This document shows positions 9,261 to 17,613 of a stretch of DNA of 17,613 bases, one piece after another. Made by a program: the position numbers and the translations under genes. The notes under the pieces were generated by a model. The model saw only the letters and a list, made by a program, of their open reading frames with translations. It searched no databases and was not told the origin of the DNA. The DNA is from Jimgerdemannia flammicorona (taxonomy: Eukaryota), in the NCBI GenBank assembly GCA_003990765.1, contig RBNJ01002470.1:1-17613 (forward strand), written 5' to 3'. Positions within the stretch are counted from its first letter, which is position 1. Every line of letters starts with the position of its first letter.

Positions 9261-9488
9261 CTAGTTAATATACTTCAGTGATTGATAATTAGTGATGACA
9301 TTAAACTTAATTTCTTCTAGATAATATCTCCTAATTAATAGCTCTTTCTTATATATTGCTAACTTCTGTTCAGCTGGTAATAACTTATATAACTCAAAGA
9401 CAATAGGGTGGGGTCCTTTACCATCATCTTGGGAAATGACAGCACTAATTGCAAAGGTGGACACTCCAGTGGTAACTGCGAATTTTAG
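9261..9488 (-). pseudogene. Isolated Ty3/Gypsy RNase H fragment (different family from element 1)
   Basis: LKFAVTTGVSTFAISAVISQDDGKGPHPIVFELYKLLPAEQKLAIYKKELL-RRYYL...FNVITNYQSLKY matches the decayed pattern TDASxFAIGAVLSQ...HPxAFESRKLxPAE...EKELLA...WRHYL...TDHxSLKY, with a short internal deletion. Confidence 0.9.
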
Positions 9489-10178
9489 GCCCTGACATTT
9501 ACGTACACATCACACGATACAAGCCACGAAAATCCATTTCAAGGATTATATAATCAACAAACACGCATTCCGATCAACCCAATTTTTCATCCATTGTGAA
9601 CAAGGAATTGTTGCACAGTATTATCAGCATGTCCCATCACTCATGCCCCGTTCATCCATCACGTAACATGCAATATGGCGATCAAATTCATCACGGAAAG
9701 GCCACAACCGAACTCGGAAGCCACCAAAAGGAACACCCAGATACTCAAAATGATGCGAACACGCCAATCCATTGCACGTTCGTATGTATTGCCTGGGGCG
9801 AGCAAATCTGCCCACCATCGAACCTTTATTATTGCAACGAACCATTCGCCTTGATCACATATTTATCACCAAGGAACCACTCACCCTTTTAACCCTTCCA
9901 TCGGCTGTGTTCGCCACTCTCAATTGGGTCGGAACATTCAGTGATTTTACGAAGTGGAGCGGACAGGAGGTGAGCCGTCGAGAATAGCACGCTTTGGTAC
10001 GGTGTCGTTTCAACCGTGGTCGTAAATGCGTTCTCCTCATGTCATTCTTTCTTGGATCTGCTTCACGTTTCACTTTGGACATACATGATGAAATCATCCG
10101 ATTCAAGATGTCCGAAAGAGAAAGTAAAAGTTGAATATTTTATTTCAAACATTTAATACGCAAGCAAAACAAACTCTA

Positions 10179-11392
10179 TTATACAATTGGTTTCCTCCCG
10201 TATGCGTATGGCATATTCATATAAGTTTTAGTTTTCGTCATCTTCTGCAATATGTTTACATAGAGATCAGTGTACCCGTCGTCGTCTAGTCCCAACTTTG
10301 GCATTACCATTGGTCTGCACACCTTTTTCATTATTGCGCCGACGCGACCTTTCCAGCCCATTGGAGCCGACACGTAGTACTCGTCTTCGTCAAGTCTCAA
10401 CTTTGGCACTAGCGCCGGTCTGAACATCTCCCAAAAGTTCGTGGCACAGGTTTTCATTATTGTGCCAACGCGACCGTTCCAGCCAATGGGAGCCGACACG
10501 TAGTCCGAGGAAATGTCCTCGAATCCCTGGGCGGCAAGGAGTTTGGGTAAACTGTGCACCATGTCCTCGTCTACACCGCGGGCGAGGAGAAGGTCGCTGA
10601 CTACGAAAGGTTTGGAAATAAGGATTATCGAAATGTTCAGTAGGTTGTTTGAAGCACCGTCAATGAGGAAAGACAAGAGTGTCTCGCAGACCGGACGATA
10701 CACAACATCAAATAACTTACCCGCGTTCGATAACAATTCGTACTCTGGTGGCGACTGATTCAGTTTCACGACCCCTTCAAAAAGCTCCACCCACCCACCC
10801 GACTTAGTGACCCTCATTAGCTCCTTCACTGCCACCTCCCACTCGCTTGGTGAAAATGCGGCCCACATGAAGCGCTGGAACACGTAATCGAAGGTGCAGT
10901 CGTCAAAGGGCAGACCCGCGAGTATGTTCGCCTTGACAAAGGTCAGGTTAGATGGGACGTTGACTGTTGGAAAGATACCGGAAATGTCGACGCCGACGAA
11001 GTTGGAATTCAGAAAATCCTCAGCCATGTCGAGACACCATCTCCCGGAACCGCAGCCGACGTCAAGCACGGTGATACCACTCTCAAGGTCGTCCTCCACG
11101 GGGGCGCTGAAGTTGCCATGCATCAGGTAGCTATTGAAGTGAGATGGAAAACGTAAGGAGGGGTTTGATCCATGGTAACAATCTACCGAACGCTACCTCT
11201 CCCAACTGACCGTTCCGCCCGTTCGTACCGAATAACGTAATGCTGATAGTCCAAGCGGACCATTTCACTGTCGTCGATACTCGGCAACACATATTTTGTG
11301 TTGGCGCTGGGCATGTACTTGCGTTTACGAAGGGTTCTGTATCCATCCGGGATAGAGAAGGACTGCGAGGCGGTATCATTGATGGTGTCCAT
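10179..11392 (-). CDS. Class I SAM-dependent methyltransferase, fungal LaeA-like type; exons 11392-11229, 11130-10721, 10600-10179; 331 aa
   Basis: ACCATGG start; YVLPSIDDSEMVRLDYQHYVIR|YLMHGNFSAPV; motif I VLDVGCGSGRW; FVGVDIS; GLPFDDCTFDYVFQR; ELMRVTKSGGWVELFE; AYGRKP C-terminus. The spliced length of 996 nt keeps frame through both GT-AG introns. Confidence 0.92.
10272..10502 (-). repeat. Diverged in-frame tandem duplication in exon 3 (126 nt + 105 nt)
   Basis: YVSAPIGWNGRVGTIMKTCATNFWEMFRPALVPKLRLDEDEY (10502-10377) is followed by YVSAPMGWKGRVGAIMKKVCRPMVMPKLGLDDDGY (10376-10272). Confidence 0.95.
10601..10720 (-). other. Intron 2 of the methyltransferase (120 nt, in frame, stop-free)
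   Basis: GTAAGT donor and CCTTTCGTAG acceptor; removes a 40-aa non-family-like insert seen in the 314-aa ORF. Confidence 0.85.
11131..11228 (-). other. Intron 1 of the methyltransferase (98 nt)
   Basis: GTACGA...pyrimidine tract...CAATAG; splicing joins CG|C (Arg) and restores QHYVIRYLMHGNF. Confidence 0.88.
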
Positions 11393-11705
11393 GGTGTAAG
11401 CGAAGAAGACGGCGTGTTACCTAAGCCCCAACCTACTTAAGGGTTTAAAACTTTTAATGATCCAAAACTATATTAGGCACGTCGTCATGTTATTCTTCCG
11501 ACAATAGTAACCAGAAACACCTTCCCTGAAATTATAAAGGGTGGCTAAGCATACTTTATCCGATTGCGAATTTCCTTTCCGAAATCACAAAGCCCACGAG
11601 TATGGTTTAGTCACACCCTCATAGGGGTGGCGTCTTTTATCTCATTATTCTCATTATGTATTGATAGATTAAGTGCCTTCATTAGTATTATTTCTATTTA
11701 TATAT

Positions 11706-12013
11706 TGTGAAATGTGATGACTTGCTAAAAAAAATTAGACTGAGGTTTATTTACTCTGGTCACTGTGGTTATTATATAAGTTGTACTAAGTTATAGCGTG
11801 ATAAACTTCACTGAGTCAGACTAACTAATAGAGATAAGAATAAAGCTAGTATATAGTAGATTGATAGTACAGTCTAACAAATCTATAAATTTTTGTTAAC
11901 TTGAATATATAGAATATAAAAACAAAATATATATTAAAAACTAATTCTGTAGAATGATTCTCTGCTTGATTTACTATAACTTGACAAGTTAGACTTTTTA
12001 TTTAATATATACA
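11706..12013 (-). mobile_element. Putative short solo LTR (308 bp) of the same lineage, decayed
   Basis: Plus strand reads TATAT[TGTGA...ATACA]TATAT (possible 5-bp TSD). The minus strand carries AACTTATATAAT-N13-AGAGTAAATAAACCTCAGTC (11782-11738). The TATA lies 237 nt from the proposed start, versus 240 nt in LTR 2. Confidence 0.55.
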
Positions 12014-12347
12014 TATATATCTATAAGTTTAAAAAAAAATAAAAATAAAAATATTATATTAAGTCAAAATTTAATTTAAGTTATATATATCTTAAAAAGA
12101 AAATTACTATATAAATTTTATAATAGTATATATTATCAATAGTTTAATTATTATTAAAAAATATATCAATATATTTTGATAATATATCTATAGATTTAGG
12201 ATTTAGTAGTAGTTATACTATTTAGTTATATAGTATAATTTATAGATTTATCTAACTATAGTAATTAATAAGAATAAAGCTAATATTAATAAAAATAAAA
12301 TTAGTATATTTATTAAGTAATAATAATAGAGATAAAAACTAACTAAA

Positions 12348-12465
<118 letters not shown>

Positions 12466-12923
12466 AATTAAATAAATAAGTATAAGACTGAAATTTAGCT
12501 AGACTAATATAATAAATTATTATACTTAATAAGTAATATTATTAAAAGCTAAACTATATTATTATAACTAATAGATAATAAGAATAAATCTATTAGTTAA
12601 CTAAATGTAAATTAAATATATTTACTAATATTAATAAAGATATTATAATATAATATAATATAATAAATATATATAAAATCTAAATAGTATAACAGATTTC
12701 TTTATCTTAAATACTTGATCTTCAGAGTTCTCAGAATGTAGAGATAGGTGAGTTCAAAGTATATTTGTCTATAGGCTTATTAGTTCTTTTGCTTCTTTAC
12801 TTTGAACTATTTTGATCTGAGATTTATTTACTCTAGATACTAGAGATATTTATATAAGTATGCTAGTTATATTGTAGCTAAGCATAAGTTATATTATAAC
12901 TATTAAATTTATATATCTTTGTT

Positions 12924-13190
12924 GAAATTTCTAATATTTTGATATTTGAATAATATGGTAATTTTTTATAACTATATTATTTTAGAGCTATATTGTTTAA
13001 TATATAAAAATATAAGAAATTGATAATAATAAATAATATTCTTCTTTTCTGTAAAAATTTCTATTATTTTAACATCTTGATAATATAGCTTAGAAATATT
13101 ATTCTTTGTAACTATAATATCTTTAAGTTATATTACTCAATATATAAAAATATAAATAATTAATAATAAATAATACCTTTTTTCTCCCTA
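12924..13190. repeat. Two imperfect 130-140 nt tandem units (putative U3 duplication of the relic LTR)
   Basis: AAATTTCTA.TATTTT...TAATAT...TAACTATA...TATATT...AATATATAAAAATATAA...TAATAATAAATAATA occurs from ~12924 and again from ~13054. Confidence 0.8.
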
Positions 13191-14402
13191 CTATATATTT
13201 CCAACTTATTTATAATAAAGATTATGAGCCCTAGTTAGTAGCTAATAAGAAATATCTCTCTAAGACTATATACTACTCTATATTAAGATGTTGCAACTGA
13301 TAAATTAAGGAGTTAATATGAGTATATCAGCTACAGCAAATATAGATACCTCTGAAATAGATATAATAGTTATAGTCTTTATAGTAAGTATAAATATAGT
13401 TAAGAGGTTGATTCCAATCTTTGATAATAAGAATTATATTATTTGAATATTCTATATAAGTAATTTTCTAGAGAAGTATGGATTGGTAGAGTTTATGAAA
13501 CTATAAGTATAGATTTAAGATTATAATACTATAAATAATTATTGAGCATTATGAGAGATTGTATTCATATTATTGAACTAGTAAATAAAGTATAATATAT
13601 ACTATAATAGCTTATAATAAATAAGAGACTCTATATAATTATCATATATAAGTATTCTTATCAAATCAATTTTATCTAAAATCTCAGTAATTTAATCTAT
13701 AAATGAAATCTAAGAAAAGTATCTATAAATATACTAATTATATCAATAAACTGGTAAATCAGTTAAATTTTCTAAGTATATTAATAAAGTATATCAGTGA
13801 TAAAGATGAGGTTTTGGCCCTTATAAAAGATCTTTTCAAAATATAAAATATTATTGTATAACTATATATAGGAGTGAGAAACTTATAAACTATATCTATA
13901 TAATAACAAGCCTTATTAATAAAGAGATATATCAAGGAAATAGTAATAATGATGATAATGAGAAAGTATTCTATAGATTATATAAATAAGATAAGAAATA
14001 TCAATAAGATCAGAAATATAAGTCTATCAAATTTAATAGAAACTACCATTAGTATAGTAAGTATAAATGTATATATAGAGAGCAACTACCATTATAAGAA
14101 TAAAAAGAACAGCATTGATAATATGAAAGTGGCAGAAAGAAATATAATGGCAAAGAGTAATATAATATAAATACTATCAAAACTAATAATAATTAGAATA
14201 GAGACATAGTCTATATATAAGTAATACATACTGAGTATCTAAAGAAGACATTTATATTGTGACAAACCAAGACGTACTATCTGAATCATATCTTTACCAG
14301 ATGATGCGAACAAGATGACATGAACACTCAGCTTAGTAACCAGCAACTATTTGCTGTGGAAACTGTATAAATAGCCAGACATACCAGAAAGGGTCTGTTT
14401 AC

Positions 14403-14438
14403 CTGTACAGACTCTGTACACTGTACAGACTCTGTACA
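14403..14438. repeat. Exact 18-nt tandem duplication of a palindrome in U3
   Basis: (CTGTACAGACTCTGTACA)x2; each unit contains TGTACAGA-C-TCTGTACA, a perfect 8-bp inverted repeat. Confidence 0.95.
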
Positions 14439-14491
14439 CCTGCCATAAGTAGCAGATCTATAGTTAGCCACATAGTAACTAGATAGCAACC

Positions 14492-14538
14492 AACTTGTAT
14501 AAATTACCCCAGAGGCGAGAGTGAATAAAACCTCAGTC
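14492..14538 (+). promoter_or_regulatory. LTR core: TATA box, poly(A) signal and TCAGT
   Basis: TATAAAT 14498-14504, a 13-nt spacer, AGAGTG, AATAAA 14524-14529 and CCTCAGTC. A second AACTGTATAAATA lies upstream at 14361. Confidence 0.8.
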
Positions 14539-14649
14539 CGAATTGAAGTGCAAACCAAAGAAGCCTCTAAAGATTGAGCAATTGGTCCCCTTATTCCCAC
14601 TCCGGTCCACTTTCTGATACAAAGAAGAGTTTGTTACATTTTTGGTTTA

Positions 14650-15230
14650 CTTGCCAGATAAGCCTGAAGATTTGCCACCTAAGTTCAAGAAGAACTTCGC
14701 CACCTTTGAAGAGAAGCCCTTGGTTCGCTTGCCAGATAAGCCTGAAGATTTCCGCCTTTTCTGCCACTTAAAGGAAAGCCGCCTTGCTCAAGCCAGTTTC
14801 TGATGCAACTTCACAGTGATTCGTCATGCAAACGAAGCCAGTCTTTGATGTAACTTTGCCAAGAGACCCTTTTCCAAAGAACGCCACCAGTTTTATTTGC
14901 CATATTCCCAGTTAGAGCCGCCAATTCAGGAAGAATCCGCGCCATTATATTTCCAGAAGAAGCCATCTGAGTTATTTCCCAGAAGCCCGCCAATTCAGAA
15001 GAATCTGCACCATCCGAGTTATTTCCCAGAAGCCCGCTGATTCAGGAGAATCCGCGCCACCTGCCGTTTTCGAGTTATCTGCATTCCCAGAAAACCCACG
15101 CCATCCAAGTAGTATTCCCAGTTGAAGCCGAAACCACGACATCCGAGTTATTCATTATTCCCAGTGAGCCTAGGAAGAATCCGCGCCATATATTCCCAGA
15201 GAGCCAAATCGAGTCACCTGCCAGAAATCG
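14650..15230 (+). repeat. Repeat arrays in the long U5 of LTR 2
   Basis: Exact 24-mer CTTGCCAGATAAGCCTGAAGATTT at 14650 and 14728. An imperfect array of TTCCCAG / GAATCCGCGCCA / CCGAGTTAT modules spans ~14900-15230. Confidence 0.85.
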
Positions 15231-15591
15231 CATACTTTTGGAAACCTGTCGCGCTACACAAAGATCGCTGTGCTATACGAAGATCGCCCACCACCCAAGA
15301 AGGAGAACTGTTAAATTGCCAGACCATCACGCACAAGGAGATCGTCACGCTACACAGAAATTGTGCCATTTCCAATTGACCCAAGAGGGAAACCCATTCA
15401 CACAAATCGCCGCTACACCCAGAGAACAGTCCCAATAAGGAAACCACTTGCACAGTATCCAGATCTTGACTATTATACCACTAAACACTAAGAACATTTT
15501 GTTGCTTTTAACAAAGTAACTGGGGGCTCAAGCCAAACTACATCAACCCCCAATCTTGTAATTTGCCTCCATTGAGCCGGCACATTACATT

Positions 15592-15609
15592 TGGGGGCTC
15601 AACTGGGAA
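15592..15609 (+). other. Primer binding site, tRNA-Pro type
   Basis: TGGGGGCTCAACTGGGAA lies 2 nt after the LTR end and resembles the classic tRNA-Pro PBS TGGGGGCTCGTCCGGGAT. Confidence 0.82.
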
Positions 15610-16156
15610 GATTTCAAAATCGACGTGACTTTTCAGCTCACAAGAACCCACAGTCAAACTGGATACATTTGATACAACACCAATCTCTGCCACTACAGGA
15701 GAACCAGTCATCACTAGCATTTGGACAGGAAGAGAAGTAATCACCTCAAGACTTGCCAACTATCCAGCATCAGAAGGATCCCAACCAGAAGCAGGAGGCA
15801 GTATAGCCCGAAATCCCCAACCAGATCAACCAGACCAACCAGACAATACAGACAGCCCTGCTAGAGTTTTTGGAGAACTTGCACAAGAACTAGACGAATT
15901 TATTACCCAGACCCAACATCTTATAGCCAGACAGCATACACCAGCCCCACCAATCTCACCAATAGAACCCCTACCACAACCTCTTGCAGGACAAGAAGTA
16001 GCTCCCACAAGGATACCTAGGCCTATTCCACCTCACCCAAGGACCAAAACACCATCTTCAAGATACCCAAGCACCCCTATCTCTAGTGACAGTTCAGAAA
16101 GCAAATCAGAATCAGAATCTGAACCTGAACCAGAATCAGAAGAAAGTGACGAAGAA

Positions 16157-17613
16157 ATGGCCACCTCATTGCCAATCTTTGCAGGATACCCAGAAGAGGA
16201 CCCCAGAGAATTCCTTGATGGAATCGAAGGAATCGCAGCCTTGAGGAATCTCTCAGATGAAAGGAAAATCACCATCTACAAAGCTCAGCTCAGAGAACCA
16301 GCCAGAGGGATTTTCCATCGAACAGCAAACAACCCAGATTCGGAACTAGCAAGACAGATACAAGCAGCAATCTCCTATGAGCTAGAATATCAGGCCATGG
16401 TCTACTGGCTCATAGAAAAGTATGCAGGAAATGAAACCCGCCACAAGGCCCAGGAATCTATCATGGGAATGAAGATGAATCTTGGAGAATCACCCAGAGC
16501 CTTCTTCACAAGAATCCAGAAGAGGATGCACTCTGCTGGATTCAATGCCACCAACCAAGACATCATAGGTCCAATGACCTTCATGAATGGGATTCCTCCG
16601 AATATTGCCCAGCATGTCCGCACTCTAGGCATCAGAAGGTCTGAAGAGCAAGTAGATGCAGCCCAAGGATTCTTTGATATCAAGCAAGGAACTACCTGGA
16701 GTGACCATGACAAGAAGGAAGATAAAGAAGATATCCTGGTCAAAGCCCTACAGGGACTCCTTCAAGGATAAGACAGGTCTGAAGAAAGAAGGCCAGCCAA
16801 GGAAGGAAAGAAGGACAGAAGTGAAATTCAAGACCTCAGCTCCAAGTTAGACCGATTGGTTGGGCAGATTGAAAAACTCACCACACGTGAAAATCGGGAC
16901 TACCAAAACAACAGAGGATACCCACCACAGAGGAGCCAAGGTTACCCACCCAGAGATAACCAGAATTACCAGCAAGAAGAAAGAAGGTACCCTGCCCGAG
17001 ACAGAGCCCAAGTCCAATGCTTCCACTGTGGACAATTTGGACACTATGCCACTGAATGTGACAACAAAAGAAGTGACCGAAGGGACTCAGAACCACCAAA
17101 CTGAAGGAATGACACCCAGTACAAGAAAACTGAAGTCCATCCTGTTGAAGATTTCGAGGAGGCAAGCAACAGTGAAGACTACAGCGACCTAGATTTGTAC
17201 CCTACCAAGGTTACCACCCAAAAGACAGTCTACCCAGCAGAAAAAAGAAAGAGACCTGTGGGAAGACCATCCAGGAATATTAGCAGGAGAATTATTCAAG
17301 AAGAAGATGAAGAACATGAGGAGGAACAAGCTGAAACACCTCCCCGAACCCCTTCACCTTTTGTGCCCGAGACAAACGAGTTACCACCAGAAGATGAAGA
17401 AATGGAACAAGAAGAACGGGAACCTGCTGCTCCAAAGTCTAAGAAGAAGTACACCCCGAAAACCATGCCTAGGGATATTTACAATGAAGCCTGGCAGAAG
17501 ATTCAAGAAGCCAAGATGGAAGTTCCTCTCCTGCAGTTCTTGCAATTGACACCAGCTGGAGTCCGAAACAAATTGCTGAGAACCACCAGGTCTAGCACTG
17601 GCCGAGTTCCAAT
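16157..17613 (+). pseudogene. gag: Gag (capsid-like domain, CCHC zinc knuckle) continuing in frame toward the protease; disrupted by two stops
   Basis: LPIFAGYPEEDPREFL, QLREPARGIF, MNLGESPRAFFTRI, FMNGIP; CFHCGQFGHYATEC (17018-17059). The same frame runs through TAA 16769 and TGA 17102 to the window end, ending MEVPLLQFLQLTP (pre-protease-like). The frame is also open upstream to 15629. Confidence 0.9.

Larger units (their letters stand above)
14258..15589 (+). repeat. 5' LTR of element 2 (1332 bp)
   Basis: Starts TGTGAC after TATAT at a sharp AT-to-GC boundary and ends CATTACA immediately before TT-TGGGGGCTC. Confidence 0.85.
14258..17613 (+). mobile_element. Ty3/Gypsy LTR retrotransposon, element 2 (5' LTR, PBS, gag; runs off the window)
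   Basis: LTR TGTGAC...ATTACA, PBS 2 nt downstream, gag with a CCHC knuckle; the LTR core is shared with element 1. Confidence 0.92.

Noticed and set aside
9500..10178. Short ORFs 9596-9892, 9624-9845, 9772-9987 and 9855-10106 as genes
   Set aside because: No recognisable motifs, overlapping on both strands, and no convincing exon chain. Probably the 3' flank of the methyltransferase, though a small unknown gene cannot be excluded.
10179..11123. The 314-aa ORF as the complete methyltransferase
   Set aside because: It lacks exon 1 (the conserved YxLP...E..RL..QH motif) and reads through the 120-nt intron.
13949..14170. 73-aa I/N/K-rich ORF and hydrophobic minus-strand frames in 13260-14257
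   Set aside because: The composition is explained by extreme AT bias. No domain is recognisable and stops are frequent, so no product can be assigned.
14640..15230. CRISPR-like array (also considered for 4831-4991 and 5354-5414)
   Set aside because: Repeats are degenerate, adjacent or irregularly spaced without unique equal-length spacers, lie inside LTRs in a eukaryotic context, and no cas genes are present.

Overview
Eukaryotic, fungal-looking, transposon-dense window (an early-diverging or Mucoromycota-like host is only an inference). It holds one apparently intact host gene: a 3-exon LaeA-like SAM-dependent methyltransferase on the minus strand (10179-11392) in a CpG-retaining island. 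From left to right the window contains: (1) the 3' part of a Ty3/Gypsy LTR retrotransposon (1-5896, +); (2) a heavily C>T/G>A-mutated L1/Tx1-like LINE (~5900-8890); (3) AT-rich relics, a poly-T and a Gypsy RNase H fragment; (4) the methyltransferase island; (5) very AT-rich, RIP-like decayed minus-strand LTR relics (11706-14257); (6) the 5' LTR, tRNA-Pro-type PBS and gag of a second related Gypsy element (14258-end). The most interesting signal is the virus-like layout of element 1. A dUTPase and a second dUTPase-like domain are joined to RT-RNase H by an in-register G_GGA_AAC -1 frameshift site with a downstream stem. Integrase appears as a separate ORF coupled by an AUGA stop/start overlap behind a hairpin. 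An intact 353-aa non-Env accessory ORF follows. Four divergent LTRs share a fixed TATAAAT-N13-AGAGTGAATAAA-CTCAG core, and the definable LTR ends abut TATAT/ATATA. All of this was read by eye, with no database searches run.
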